A stretch of 40,135 bases of DNA from a virus. Lineage: Duplodnaviria > Heunggongvirae > Uroviricota > Caudoviricetes. How positions within the stretch are numbered: the stretch's first letter is position 1; every line of letters starts with the position of its first letter. The position numbers and the translations under genes were made by a program. The notes below the pieces were generated by a model. That model ran no database searches. It was not told where the DNA came from and saw only the letters and a list, made by a program, of their open reading frames with translations. The stretch lies in the IMG/VR virus record IMGVR_UViG_2547132278_000018; one strand, given 5' to 3'. Shown one piece after another: positions 26,972 through 38,352 of the stretch.

Positions 26972-28804
26972 ATGGCGGAATTTGAGCTTAAGGCGTTGAT
27001 CACCGGTGTCGACAGGCTTTCTCCCGCGCTGTCGAAAATGCAAAAGAAAATCCGGGGATTTAAACGCCAGGCGGAAGAAGCGTCACAGGGTGGGCTGGCG
27101 CTTGGAGGCGGACTGGCAGCGGGTCTGACGCTTTCCCTGAAATCTTATGCCGATCAGGAAAACGCCGCCACCGGGCTGAAAGTCGCCATGATGGATGCGA
27201 ACGGCGAGGTTGGAAAGAGCTTTCAGGACATCAATAAACTGGCTATTGGCCTGGGTAATCAGCTACCCGGTACAACGGCTGATTTCCAGAACATGATGCA
27301 GATGCTGGTGCGTCAGGGGATCCCGGCAGAAAACATTCTTGGCGGTGTGGGTAAAGCGACAGCTTATCTTGCGGTACAACTGAAAAAAACACCGGAAGCG
27401 GCTGCCGAGTTTGCCGCAAAGATGCAGGATGCTACCGGAACGGCGTCAAAAGACATGATGGGGCTGTTCGACACTATCCAGAAGGCGTTTTATCTGGGCG
27501 TTGACGATACCAACATGTTGTCCTTCTTCACTAAAACCAGCTCTGTTCTGAAGATGGTGAACAAGGACGGTCTTCAGGCTGCACAGAGCCTTGCCCCCAT
27601 CAGCGTCATGATGGATCAGATGGGGATGAACGGGGAGTCGGCAGGTAACGCCCTGCGAAAAGTTATCCAGTCCGGATTAAGCGTTAAGAAAATCAGGGAC
27701 GTCAATAAAATCATGGCCCGCCAGAAACTCGGGGTACAGCTCGATTTTACTGACGGCAAAGGGAGTTTTGGCGGTCTTGATAACATGTTCAGGCAACTGG
27801 CAAAGCTGCGAAAACTGACCGACGTTAAGCGAACAGGCGTACTTAAGGCAATATTTGGTGATGATGCCGAAACCCTTCAGGTGGTCAATGCACTAATCGA
27901 TAAAGGAAAGGATGGCTACGATCAGATCCAGCAGAAGATGAATAAACAGGCCAGCCTGAATAAACGTGTTCAGGCTCAGCTTGGTACGCTGTCCAACCTG
28001 TGGGAGGCAATGACGGGGACCGCAACTAACGGTCTTGCAGCTATTGGCGGCGCATTTTCTGGTGACGCCAAAAATATCACGCAGTGGCTGGGGGAGTTGG
28101 GGGAGAAATTCACGAAGTTTGCGGATGAAAACCCCCGGGTTATTCGCGGCGTCGTCGGGCTTGCTGCCGGTCTTGCGATTCTGAAACTGGGATTGATGGG
28201 CGTGGGCAGTGCCATCAGTATTGTCAGCAGGATTATGTCGATGACGCCGATTGGCATGATTGCGACGGCGATTGCTCTGGCTGCGGGATTAATTATCACT
28301 AACTGGGATGTTGTCGGACCTTATTTTAAGAAGCTCTGGGAAACCATTGGTCCTTATTTTGAGGCTGGCTGGGAACTTCTGAAGAAGGTTTTTGCCTGGT
28401 CGCCGCTGGGGATGGTGATCAAAAACTGGGGACCGGTTGTTAAGTGGTTTCAGGATATGTGGGATAAGCTGAAGCCAATTATTGAGTGGTTTACCGACAG
28501 TTCCGGTGACACGGTCGATGCCATTAACTCTGCGCAGTGGGGCGCGGGTGCTTATGATGCTTATGGGACGGGAATACCGGCGCGGGGATACACACCTTAT
28601 CCGGCGGTAGATCTGGCTCAGTCAAACAACGCCTCCGATGCCACAGGCCCGAATCCCTTCATGATTAACAAAGCTTCTGCGCCAAAAGTTGATGGTGAGA
28701 TCAAGGTATCATTTATAAATATGCCACCAGGTATGCGGGTTACGGAAACACGCTCCAGTGGCATTGATATAAATCACGATGTTGGCTATACCCGATTTTG
28801 GTAG
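26972..28804 (+). CDS. Tape measure protein
   Basis: 610 aa, Ala/Gly-rich with hydrophobic segment. Confidence 0.9.
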   Translation: MAEFELKALITGVDRLSPALSKMQKKIRGFKRQAEEASQGGLALGGGLAAGLTLSLKSYADQENAATGLKVAMMDANGEVGKSFQDINKLAIGLGNQLPGTTADFQNMMQMLVRQGIPAENILGGVGKATAYLAVQLKKTPEAAAEFAAKMQDATGTASKDMMGLFDTIQKAFYLGVDDTNMLSFFTKTSSVLKMVNKDGLQAAQSLAPISVMMDQMGMNGESAGNALRKVIQSGLSVKKIRDVNKIMARQKLGVQLDFTDGKGSFGGLDNMFRQLAKLRKLTDVKRTGVLKAIFGDDAETLQVVNALIDKGKDGYDQIQQKMNKQASLNKRVQAQLGTLSNLWEAMTGTATNGLAAIGGAFSGDAKNITQWLGELGEKFTKFADENPRVIRGVVGLAAGLAILKLGLMGVGSAISIVSRIMSMTPIGMIATAIALAAGLIITNWDVVGPYFKKLWETIGPYFEAGWELLKKVFAWSPLGMVIKNWGPVVKWFQDMWDKLKPIIEWFTDSSGDTVDAINSAQWGAGAYDAYGTGIPARGYTPYPAVDLAQSNNASDATGPNPFMINKASAPKVDGEIKVSFINMPPGMRVTETRSSGIDINHDVGYTRFW

Positions 28805-28895
28805 CCAGAATTCCCCTCACAGGTATTGCTGGTTGTAAGTCATAAATAGAGTGATAGAATTAATGCACATTTAGAAAAATGTTAATAGGCGAAAA

Positions 28896-29426
28896 ATGAA
28901 AGGCTATATCACAGCAAGTGTAATTCTTGGAGCAGCGGCTGTTTTTTCATCTCTCATAATCTCTGGCAACATCTCCTTTAAAGATGAACATATTATTCAG
29001 TTATCTGGAGGAGCCATAAAACTTGGTGATGTTTATAAAGAAAATAAATTGATAAGTGCAAAGATTATTTTTCCAGATAATCAGGGTGAACAGATTCTTG
29101 TTGTCGACGGCAATCCTGAAAACTTTAAGGAGGATTTTCAGGAGAAATTAAATAAAGTAATAAAAACTTTAAATGCGTCAAAGAAAAAAGATGAAGAGAA
29201 AGTTAGCCTGGATAATTTAAGTGTTATTGAAGAGTCTAAACTAGAGCTCGTTTCTGCGGTGCGTTACTCTGCTCAGTATGTTCCTATGTTTACTCTGACG
29301 CTGGACAAAAAAGAAATTACCATGCCTAAAAATACGGTAATATTTCCATTTGCCAGCGATGAAACAGCTAAGTATTTAAATGAACAACAGCAAAAGTATA
29401 AAGATTCGTTGTTTCTGACTCGCTAA
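28896..29426 (+). CDS. Moron: AT-rich 176-aa membrane-anchored/secreted protein of unknown function
   Basis: N-terminal hydrophobic segment (YITASVILGAAAVFSSLIISG), Lys/Glu-rich remainder; much lower GC than flanking tail genes (by eye); own terminator. Confidence 0.65.
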   Translation: MKGYITASVILGAAAVFSSLIISGNISFKDEHIIQLSGGAIKLGDVYKENKLISAKIIFPDNQGEQILVVDGNPENFKEDFQEKLNKVIKTLNASKKKDEEKVSLDNLSVIEESKLELVSAVRYSAQYVPMFTLTLDKKEITMPKNTVIFPFASDETAKYLNEQQQKYKDSLFLTR

Positions 29427-29445
29427 TTAATAAAATTCATTACAA

Positions 29446-29476
29446 GGCCACTTTCTAATAGGTGGCTTTTTTATTT
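29446..29476 (+). terminator. Rho-independent terminator
   Basis: GGCCAC-TTTCTAATAG-GTGGC followed by TTTTTTATTTT. Confidence 0.65.
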
Positions 29477-29481
29477 TCGGA

Positions 29482-30816
29482 GTGTATATGACGTGGAAAG
29501 ACAGGCTTCAGGATGCGTCATTTCGAGGTGTGCCGTTTAAGGTTGAAGAAGAAAGTGCGGGAACCGGCCGTCGTGTGGAAACACACGAATATCCGAACCG
29601 CGACAAACCCTATACCGAAGATCTGGGAAAAGTCACTTTCCGCCCGTCCATCACGGCTTATGTGGTGGGAGATGACTGCTTTGACCAGCGCGATCGCCTG
29701 ATTGAAGCGCTGAATAAACCCGGTCCCGGCACGCTTGTCCACCCGACATATGGTGAGCTGAAAGTCTGTGTTGACGGGGAAGTTCGGGTCAGCACATCGA
29801 AAAGTGAAGGGCGTATTGTCCGCTTTGACCTGAAGTTTGTCGAAGCAGGAGAACTCTCTTACCCCACATCAGGTGCGGCGACGGCGCAGACGCTGATGTC
29901 ATCCTGTTCTGCACTGGATGACTGCATCAGTGACAGCTTCAGCGGTTTCAGTATCGATGGTGTGGCGGATTTCGTGCAGAACGACGTTATCGGTAATGCC
30001 AGCATAATGCTGGGGTATGTTTCTGATGCCATGAAAGTGGTGGATTCTGCCGTATCGGATGCCGCCAGGCTGTTGCAGGGGGATATCTCGGTACTTCTGC
30101 CGCCGCCATCGTCAGGCAAAAATTTCGTTGAGCAGGTGCAGAAAATGTGGCGTACCGGGAAACGCCTTTATGGTAACGCCAGCGACCTGGTCACCATGAT
30201 CAAAACGCTTTCCGGTGTCAGCCTCGGCAGCGATCTGCAACCGCGCGGCGTCTGGAAAACGGACAGTAAAACCACCGCCACGGCGACGCAGCAGCGTAAC
30301 GTGGTTGCCAGCACCCTTCGTACGACCGCAATCAGCGAAGCGGCGTATGCCGTCACCCGATTGCCTGCGCCAACAACTTCCGCGGTGATGCAGAATTCCG
30401 CAGTGGGGCAGGCAACAACAACCGCGCAGAGCACTGGCTGGCCTTCCGTCACGCATCCGGCACTAAACAATGCATCGGCGGTGAAAAACACGGTTGACCT
30501 GCCGACGTGGGAAGAACTGACTGACATTCGCGACACACTGAATACGGCAATTGATAAGGAGTTGTCCCGTACAACCAGTGATGCGCTGTTTCTGGCGCTG
30601 CGCCGGGTGAAAGCAGATCTGAATGCGGATATCAACACGCGCCTTGAACAGTCTGCACGGATCATTCAGCGCACACCGGATGAGGTTTTACCCGCGCTGG
30701 TGCTGGCGGCTACCTGGTTTGATAACGCGGCGCGTGACGCGGACATTATCCGGCGTAATGCCATTACGCATCCCGGCTTTGTGCCGGTGATCCCTCTGAA
30801 GGTGCCAGTGCAATGA
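29482..30816 (+). CDS. DNA circularisation protein (Mu gpN-like)
   Basis: 444 aa, MTWKDRLQDASFRGVPFKVEEES... N-terminus. Confidence 0.8.
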   Translation: MYMTWKDRLQDASFRGVPFKVEEESAGTGRRVETHEYPNRDKPYTEDLGKVTFRPSITAYVVGDDCFDQRDRLIEALNKPGPGTLVHPTYGELKVCVDGEVRVSTSKSEGRIVRFDLKFVEAGELSYPTSGAATAQTLMSSCSALDDCISDSFSGFSIDGVADFVQNDVIGNASIMLGYVSDAMKVVDSAVSDAARLLQGDISVLLPPPSSGKNFVEQVQKMWRTGKRLYGNASDLVTMIKTLSGVSLGSDLQPRGVWKTDSKTTATATQQRNVVASTLRTTAISEAAYAVTRLPAPTTSAVMQNSAVGQATTTAQSTGWPSVTHPALNNASAVKNTVDLPTWEELTDIRDTLNTAIDKELSRTTSDALFLALRRVKADLNADINTRLEQSARIIQRTPDEVLPALVLAATWFDNAARDADIIRRNAITHPGFVPVIPLKVPVQ

Positions 30817-31892
30817 ACGACAATGTCACGCTACGGGTAAATGGCCGGGAGTGGAATGGCTGGACATCGGTGCGCATCGGTGCCGGTATTGAACGGCTGG
30901 CGCGGGATTTCAGTGTGGAGATCACTCGCCAGTGGCCGGGAGATGAGGGTATCACCACGCTTCAGCCGCGCATTAAAAACGGTTCAAAAGTGAAAGTGCT
31001 GATTGGTGATGAGCTGGTGATCACCGGCTGGGTGGAGGCGACTCCCGTTCGTTACGATGCCCGTTCGGTCAGCACCGGTATTGCCGGACGTAGTCTGACG
31101 GCTGACCTGATTGACTGTGCAGCCGAACCGACACAGTTTAACGGACGCTCGCTGGTGCAGATTGCGCAGGCGCTTGCTGCGCCTTTCGGCATTGAGGTGG
31201 TGAACAGCGGTGCGCCGTCGGGTGTTATTCCTGATGTTCAGCCTGATCACGGCGAAACGGTGATCGAGGTGATCAACAAAATACTCGGTCAGCAGCAGGC
31301 ACTGGCTTACGACGACCCGCATGGCAGGCTGGTGATTGGCGGTATTGGCTCAACGCGGGCACATACCGCGCTGGTACTTGGGGAAAACATCCTTTCCTGT
31401 GATACGGAGAAGAGTATCCGGGAGCGGTTTTCAGTTTACCAGGTGGCGGGGCAGCGTGCCGGAAATGACGATGATTTCGGTGAGGCCACCACCACCGCGC
31501 TGCGGGCCCGCACAGAAGACGCATTTATTGCCCGTTACCGTCCGATGTATATCAGGCAGACAGGGCAGGCTACGGGGGCAGGCTGTATTGCCCGTGCGGA
31601 CTTTGAAGCCCGGCAACGGGCGGCGCGGACGGATGAAACCACCTATGTGGTGCAGGGCTGGCGACAGGGTAACGGTACGCTGTGGCAACCCAACCAGCGG
31701 GTGATTGTCTTCGATCCGGTCTGTGGTTTCGACAATACCGAACTGCTTGTCTCGGAAGTCACGTTTACTCAGGACCAGAACGGCACCCTGACGGAAATCC
31801 GTGTCGGCCCACCTGATGCTTATCTGCCTGAACCCGAAGCCCCCGGCGCGCGGAAAAAGAAAAAAGCCAGAGTACAGGAGGACCCGTTCTGA
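30813..31892 (+). CDS. Baseplate hub protein (Mu gpP-like)
   Basis: 359 aa, position. Confidence 0.75.
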   Translation: MNDNVTLRVNGREWNGWTSVRIGAGIERLARDFSVEITRQWPGDEGITTLQPRIKNGSKVKVLIGDELVITGWVEATPVRYDARSVSTGIAGRSLTADLIDCAAEPTQFNGRSLVQIAQALAAPFGIEVVNSGAPSGVIPDVQPDHGETVIEVINKILGQQQALAYDDPHGRLVIGGIGSTRAHTALVLGENILSCDTEKSIRERFSVYQVAGQRAGNDDDFGEATTTALRARTEDAFIARYRPMYIRQTGQATGAGCIARADFEARQRAARTDETTYVVQGWRQGNGTLWQPNQRVIVFDPVCGFDNTELLVSEVTFTQDQNGTLTEIRVGPPDAYLPEPEAPGARKKKKARVQEDPF

Positions 31893-32440
31893 TGAGGACG
31901 ATTGAAGCCATGCAGCGACAACTCCTCGGCCTGATTGGGCGGGCAGTGGTGAAAAGCATCAGTGCCGCCACGAAATGTCAGACCGTGGATGTGTCCCTGA
32001 TTGCCGGTGAACCCAAAGCCGGGGTTGAACATCTTGAACCCTACGGTTTTACCGCAAGGGCAAACAGCGGTGCGGAAGCGGTGGTGTTGTTTCCGGATGG
32101 CGACCGTTCTCATGCGGTGGTTGTTACGGTGTCGGACCGGCGCTACCGCCTGAAAGGGCTGCAGACGGGTGAGGTGGCGGTCTATGACGATCAGGGGCAG
32201 TCCGTGACGCTGACCCGGGAGGGGATCGTGGTGGACGGTGCAGGTAAAACGATCACGTTTCGCAATTCACCTAAAGCACGTTTTGAAATGGACCTGGAAG
32301 TGACAGGACAGGTGAAAGACCTGTGCGACTCCAGCGGCACCACCATGTCAGCGATGCGGCTTGCCTATAACGGGCATCGTCACAGAGAGAACGGTCAGGG
32401 CAGTAACACCGACAAACCTGATAAAGCGATGGAGGCATGA
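31892..32440 (+). CDS. Baseplate spike/assembly protein V
   Basis: 182 aa. Confidence 0.75.
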   Translation: MRTIEAMQRQLLGLIGRAVVKSISAATKCQTVDVSLIAGEPKAGVEHLEPYGFTARANSGAEAVVLFPDGDRSHAVVVTVSDRRYRLKGLQTGEVAVYDDQGQSVTLTREGIVVDGAGKTITFRNSPKARFEMDLEVTGQVKDLCDSSGTTMSAMRLAYNGHRHRENGQGSNTDKPDKAMEA

Positions 32441-32862
32441 TGGAACTGTGGCTGACGGTGAACGGTAAACGCACCTGCGCCAGCGCACCGCTGGATCCGC
32501 TGACCCGCGCCGTGGTGATTTCCCTGTTTACCTGGCGGCGGGCGGAGCCTGATGACAATGCCGACGTCCCGATGGGATGGTGGGGGGATACCTGGCCTAC
32601 GGTACAGAATGACCGTTACGGCTCCCGACTGTGGCTGCTTCAGCGCAGCAAACTGACCAATCAACTGGTGCAGACGGTAAGGGGGTATATCCGCGAATGC
32701 CTGCAATGGATGATTGATGACGGCGTGGTGTCCCGCATTGATCTGGATATCCGCCGCACTGGGATTAATGAACTGGGTAACAGTATCACTCTCTGGCGTC
32801 GTGACGGACCGGTAATGATTTCTTTTGATGATCTGTGGAGTGCGATAACGCATGGCGGATAG
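32437..32862 (+). CDS. Baseplate protein (Mu gp46 family)
   Basis: 141 aa. Confidence 0.7.
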   Translation: MMELWLTVNGKRTCASAPLDPLTRAVVISLFTWRRAEPDDNADVPMGWWGDTWPTVQNDRYGSRLWLLQRSKLTNQLVQTVRGYIRECLQWMIDDGVVSRIDLDIRRTGINELGNSITLWRRDGPVMISFDDLWSAITHGG

Positions 32863-33910
32863 TGAATTTCAGCGCCCGACGCTGGCAGAAAATATCAGTA
32901 TGCTCCGTAACGATTTATTCGCCAGGCTGGACGTCAGCGACACGCTCCGGCGCATGGATGAAGACGTGCGGGCAAAGGTGTATGCGGCGGCGCTGCATAC
33001 GGTTTATGGTTACATCGATTATCTGGCAATGAACATGCTGCCTGACCTGTGCGATGAGTCCTGGCTGGCGCGACATGCTGCGATGAAACGGTGTCCGCGC
33101 AAGGGAGCCACGGTTGCCAGCGGGTATATGCGCTGGGAAGGTGTCAGCGATGGCCTGAAGGTGACCGCCGGGAGTGTTATTCAGCGCGATGACCTGGTTC
33201 AGTACACGGCAACTGCCGATGCAACCAGCGCCGGTGGTGTCCTGCGCGTGCCGATCGCCTGCTCAACTGCAGGCGCGGTCGGTAACGCTGACGACGGTAC
33301 GGCATTAATCCTGGTCACGCCGGTGAATGGTCTGCCGTCTTCCGGTGTGGCAGATACCCTGACTGGCGGATTCGATACTGAAGATCTGGAAACGTGGCGC
33401 GCCCGCGTCATTGAGCGGTATTACTGGACGCCGCAGGGCGGGGCTGACGGGGACTATGTTGTCTGGGCTAAAGAAGTGCCCGGCATTACCCGCGCATGGA
33501 CATACCGACACTGGATGGGAACGGGGACTGTCGGTGTGATGATTGCCAGCAGTGACCTGATTAATCCCATTCCGGAAGAATCAACGGAAACGGCGGCAAG
33601 ACAACATATCGAGCCACTGGCCCCGGTGGCAGGCTCTGATTTGTATGTATTCAGGCCGGTGGCACATACGGTGGATTTTCATATCCGCGTGACGCCGGAC
33701 ACACCAGAAATACGGGCTGCCATTACCGCGGAGTTGCATTCGTTCCTGCTGCGTGATGGTTATCCGCAGGGAGAACTGAAGGTATCGCGTATCAGTGAGG
33801 CGATTTCCGGTGCGAACGGGGAATACAGCCATCAGTTGCTTGCACCGGCAGACAATATCTCCATTGCAAAAAATGAACTGGCGGTACTGGGGACGATTTC
33901 ATGGACGTGA
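32852..33910 (+). CDS. Baseplate J-like protein (Mu gp47 family)
   Basis: 352 aa. Confidence 0.8.
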   Translation: MADSEFQRPTLAENISMLRNDLFARLDVSDTLRRMDEDVRAKVYAAALHTVYGYIDYLAMNMLPDLCDESWLARHAAMKRCPRKGATVASGYMRWEGVSDGLKVTAGSVIQRDDLVQYTATADATSAGGVLRVPIACSTAGAVGNADDGTALILVTPVNGLPSSGVADTLTGGFDTEDLETWRARVIERYYWTPQGGADGDYVVWAKEVPGITRAWTYRHWMGTGTVGVMIASSDLINPIPEESTETAARQHIEPLAPVAGSDLYVFRPVAHTVDFHIRVTPDTPEIRAAITAELHSFLLRDGYPQGELKVSRISEAISGANGEYSHQLLAPADNISIAKNELAVLGTISWT

Positions 33911-34485
33911 CAAACGATGATTACATCCGTCTGTTGTCGGCACTGTTGCCCCCCGGTCCGGCGTGGTCAGCCAGCGATCCGGCGATTGCCGGTGCGGCAC
34001 CGTCATTAACCCGCGTTCATCAGCTTGCGGATGCCCTGATGCGGGAGCTGGATCCGCGCACCACCACTGAACTGATAAACCGCTGGGAGCGTCTGTGCGG
34101 TCTGCCGGATGAATGTATTCCCGCAGGGACACAGACCCTTCGCCAGCGTCAGCAACGGCTGGATGCGAAGGTTAACCTGGCGGGCGGCATCAACGAGGAT
34201 TTTTATCTTGCACAGCTTGCTGCCCTGGGCAGACCAGATGCCACCATCGCGCGATACGACAAAAGCACGTTCACCTGCTCATCGGCCTGTACTGACGCTG
34301 TGAACGCGCCTGAATGGCGGTATTACTGGCAGGTCAACATGCCAGCCGCCACCAACACCACCTGGATGACATGTGGCGATCCCTGTGATTCCGCACTGCG
34401 TATCTGGGGCGACACAGTTGTCGAATGTGTGCTTAACAAACTCTGCCCGTCGCATACCTACGTAATTTTTAAATATCCGGAGTAA
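33901..34485 (+). CDS. Tail protein (Mu gp48 / YmfQ-like)
   Basis: 194 aa; recalled as the e14 YmfQ family. Confidence 0.7.
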   Translation: MDVTNDDYIRLLSALLPPGPAWSASDPAIAGAAPSLTRVHQLADALMRELDPRTTTELINRWERLCGLPDECIPAGTQTLRQRQQRLDAKVNLAGGINEDFYLAQLAALGRPDATIARYDKSTFTCSSACTDAVNAPEWRYYWQVNMPAATNTTWMTCGDPCDSALRIWGDTVVECVLNKLCPSHTYVIFKYPE

Positions 34486-34488
34486 TCC

Positions 34489-35244
34489 ATGCATCGTATA
34501 GACACGAAAACCGCGCAGAAGGATAAGTTCGGCGCGGGTAAGAACGGTTTTACCCGTGGTAACCCCCAGACCGGCACGCCTGCCACCGATCTGGATGATG
34601 ACTACTTTGACATGTTGCAGGAGGAGCTTTGCAGCGTTGTGGAGGCGTCCGGTGCCAGCCTGGAGAAGGGGCGGCACGACCAGCTACTTACCGCGCTTCG
34701 CGCGCTGCTGTTAAGCCGCAAGAATCCGTTTGGCGATATCAAATCGGATGGCACGGTGAAAACGGCTCTCGAAAACCTTGGTTTGGGAGAAGGCTCTGCA
34801 TTACCTGTTGGTGTCCCTGTTCCGTGGCCTTCAGCCACTCCGCCAACAGGCTGGCTGAAATGCAATGGTGCCGCTTTTTCTGCTGAAGAATACCCGGAAC
34901 TGGCAAAGGCTTATCCGACAAATAAATTGCCTGATTTACGTGGTGAGTTTATTCGCGGCTGGGATGACGGGCGCGGGGTTGACTCTGGACGAGGTTTGTT
35001 GACGGCGCAGGCGGAAACAAAGATAACTAACCACCACGGCAATGGCGGTAACGCTGATGATATTTCGGCTGGTGTCTCCGGTTCACCTCCCAAAAACTTT
35101 GTCAGAAACGCGGATTCGGCAGTTAATGCTGGTTCTGGTTTTACCGCTTTTGGCTCTGGAAATTTGACAATGAATGGTGTTACTTCTTATTTCGGTGTCC
35201 GTCCACGCAACATCGCATTTAACTACATTGTGAGGGCTGCATAA
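34489..35244 (+). CDS. Tail fibre protein (constant N-terminus plus currently expressed variable C-terminus)
   Basis: 251 aa; recombination site inside the gene at 34767-34792. Confidence 0.85.
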   Translation: MHRIDTKTAQKDKFGAGKNGFTRGNPQTGTPATDLDDDYFDMLQEELCSVVEASGASLEKGRHDQLLTALRALLLSRKNPFGDIKSDGTVKTALENLGLGEGSALPVGVPVPWPSATPPTGWLKCNGAAFSAEEYPELAKAYPTNKLPDLRGEFIRGWDDGRGVDSGRGLLTAQAETKITNHHGNGGNADDISAGVSGSPPKNFVRNADSAVNAGSGFTAFGSGNLTMNGVTSYFGVRPRNIAFNYIVRAA

Positions 35245-35846
35245 TGGATAGCGCTGTATTAAATAGCGAGTTTATTGCCACGAAGGCGGGGGATATTACT
35301 GTCTATAATTATGATGGTGAAACACGGGAATATATTTCCATATCAACTGAATATCTTGCCGTTGGTGTCGGCATTCCGGCATGTTCCTGTTTAGATGCTC
35401 CAGGCGCATACAAAGCTGGTTATGCAATCTGCCGTTCTGCAGATTTTAAGTCATGGGAATATGTGCCAGACCATCGCGGTGAAATCGTCTTTAGCACCGA
35501 AACAGGAGAATCAAAAGAAATCACAGCTCCGGGTGATTACCCTAATAATACAACCACTATCGCCCCATTAACGCCATACGATAAATGGGATGGTGAGAAA
35601 TGGGTGACGGATACTGAGGCACAGCATAGCGCCGCAGTAGACGCGGCAGAAGCACAGCGCCAGTCACTGATTGATGCTGCAATGGCTTCCATTAGTCTGA
35701 TTCAGCTGAAATTACAGGCCGGACGGAAACTGACGCAGGCAGAAACAACCCGGCTTAACGCTGTGCTGGATTACATTGACGCGGTGACGGCAACAGATAC
35801 CAGCACCGCGCCGAATGTCATCTGGCCTGAACTGCCGGAGGCGTAG
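35244..35846 (+). CDS. Tail fibre assembly protein (Tfa)
   Basis: 200 aa; C-terminal NVIWPELPEA-type ending. Confidence 0.85.
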   Translation: MDSAVLNSEFIATKAGDITVYNYDGETREYISISTEYLAVGVGIPACSCLDAPGAYKAGYAICRSADFKSWEYVPDHRGEIVFSTETGESKEITAPGDYPNNTTTIAPLTPYDKWDGEKWVTDTEAQHSAAVDAAEAQRQSLIDAAMASISLIQLKLQAGRKLTQAETTRLNAVLDYIDAVTATDTSTAPNVIWPELPEA

Positions 35847-36261
35847 GCCATTCAATATCTGGAGCACTGGAGGGATCAACCAGTTCCAGTGCGTCCAGAT
35901 AATCCAGCCATAAATTATATTGCTCCAGCTCGTTACCTTTCAGACGACCAATAGCAGCTTTGCCAGGCCACTGATGGGTGTTGATGTAGGTATTGGCTTC
36001 TGAAACCAAAGATATTTTTTTCATTTCAGCCATCAACACCTCATCCTCTTTTGAAGGCGGTGGGGAATTAATCCATATTGGCCGTCCTGAACTGTCAGCG
36101 CCAATTTCTTTCCCTTCTGGATGCAGCCCAAGAAATTGCTCATATGTTTCTCGGGTAATTTCAATAACATCATCTGGAAGCGTTCCCGCATCCTCATATT
36201 CTGGAAACAATTCTTGTAGATAAAAACTTTTACTTCCGGGTGAAAAGAATACTGAGTTCAT
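35818..36261 (-). CDS. Alternative tail fibre assembly protein (Tfa'), inverted orientation
   Basis: 147 aa; 3' ends of the two tfa genes overlap convergently. Confidence 0.8.
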   Translation of the reverse strand: MNSVFFSPGSKSFYLQELFPEYEDAGTLPDDVIEITRETYEQFLGLHPEGKEIGADSSGRPIWINSPPPSKEDEVLMAEMKKISLVSEANTYINTHQWPGKAAIGRLKGNELEQYNLWLDYLDALELVDPSSAPDIEWPTPPAVQAR

Positions 36262-36263
36262 TC

Positions 36264-36713
36264 TTACCGTCCAATGATTAACGCTGAGACGCTGGTATCT
36301 GAAGGAAAGGCTGCATTCAGTGGTTTGTCGACTTTGAATACAATCGTATTATTCCCCCGGACAGCGGCAAAAGAACAAACCGCCGTCGCGTATGAACCTG
36401 TAATATTACTGGATACACCGCCATAAGCTGTTGTTGATACCAGAGGGATAACGCCCAGCACCTTATTAGGAAATACAAAGGGCAATGTGGCTGTGGCAAT
36501 ATAAGACTTATTAGAACCTGTAATGGCATAAGCATTATCAGTCATTCCATTCATCGCCACTGGACCGCTTATACTTACAGTAACCATCTGAGTGATTAGC
36601 CCGTCAGGTTGACGAATCACAAAATTTCCATTGCCACCAGTAACCGTCCAGAAAGACATATCAGGGATTTGGTTTTCCCCGTTGCCCACATTCCGTTTTG
36701 CCGCTTCTCCCAA
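36264..36713 (-). CDS. Alternative tail-fibre C-terminal cassette (promoterless, in frame with right inversion site)
   Basis: Reading frame runs into the right hix-like site (..LGEAAKRNVGNGEN..); no independent RBS. Confidence 0.7.
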   Translation of the reverse strand: MGEAAKRNVGNGENQIPDMSFWTVTGGNGNFVIRQPDGLITQMVTVSISGPVAMNGMTDNAYAITGSNKSYIATATLPFVFPNKVLGVIPLVSTTAYGGVSSNITGSYATAVCSFAAVRGNNTIVFKVDKPLNAAFPSDTSVSALIIGR

Positions 36714-36784
36714 ACCAACCTTTTAGAAAATGCAGTTATTCGGCTCAGATGGCATGATCCCGGATTTTTACAGGGTTATTTCTC

Positions 36785-37339
36785 ATGCTTATTGGCTATG
36801 TACGTGTGTCAACAAATTACCAGAACACAGATCTACAACGTAATGCGCTGAACTGTGCAGGATGTGAGCTGATTTTTGAAGACAAGATAAGCGGTACAAA
36901 GTCCGACAGACCAGGACTGAAAAAGCTGCTCAGGACATTATCGGCAGGTGACACGCTGGTGGTCTGGAAACTGGACCGACTGGGGCGCAGTATGCGGCAT
37001 CTTGTCGTGCTGGTGGAGGAGTTGCGCGAACGAGGCATCAACTTTCGTAGTCTGACGGATTCAATTGATACCAGTACCCCAATGGGGCGCTTTTTCTTTC
37101 ATGTGATGGGTGCCCTGGCTGAAATGGAGCGTGAACTGATTGTTGAACGAACAAAAGCTGGACTGGAAGCAGCTCGCGCACAGGGACGAATTGGTGGACG
37201 TCGCCCCAAACTTACACCAGAACAATGGGAGCAGGCCGGACGATTAATTGCATCAGGCGTTCCTCGCCAGAAGGTGGCGATCATCTATGATGTTGGTATA
37301 TCGACACTGTATAAGAAGTTTCCGGTCGGAGATAAATGA
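36785..37339 (+). CDS. Serine DNA invertase (Pin/Gin/Hin family)
   Basis: 184 aa; MLIGYVRVSTNYQNTDLQ catalytic Ser region and C-terminal HTH. Confidence 0.93.
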   Translation: MLIGYVRVSTNYQNTDLQRNALNCAGCELIFEDKISGTKSDRPGLKKLLRTLSAGDTLVVWKLDRLGRSMRHLVVLVEELRERGINFRSLTDSIDTSTPMGRFFFHVMGALAEMERELIVERTKAGLEAARAQGRIGGRRPKLTPEQWEQAGRLIASGVPRQKVAIIYDVGISTLYKKFPVGDK

Positions 37340-37340
37340 A

Positions 37341-37382
37341 ACCGTAGCACGTCGTATGCAAGAAGATCGTGCTGCGGTTTAT
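37341..37382. terminator. Putative bidirectional terminator between convergent invertase and GIY-YIG genes
   Basis: Imperfect 11-bp inverted repeat ACCGTAGCACG / CGTGCTGCGGT; weak U-tracts. Confidence 0.35.
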
Positions 37383-37399
37383 GCTTATCACTTAAAGAC

Positions 37400-38269
<870 letters not shown>

Positions 38270-38352
38270 CTAACCCTTTGAATTTACATAGCGCAAAAAG
38301 ATACCTTTCCTCATAATGTGAGCTAATTTTATGTTTCGTTTGATGATCGGGT

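Larger units (their letters stand above)
34767..36728. mobile_element. Invertible tail-fibre host-range segment (G/P-segment-like) bounded by hix/gix-like inverted sites
   Basis: Left site TCTCGAAAACCTTGGTTTGGGAGAAG (34767-34792) and right site, as reverse complement, TTCTAAAAGGTTGGTTTGGGAGAAG (36704-36728); both encode ...GLGE... in frame. Confidence 0.75.
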
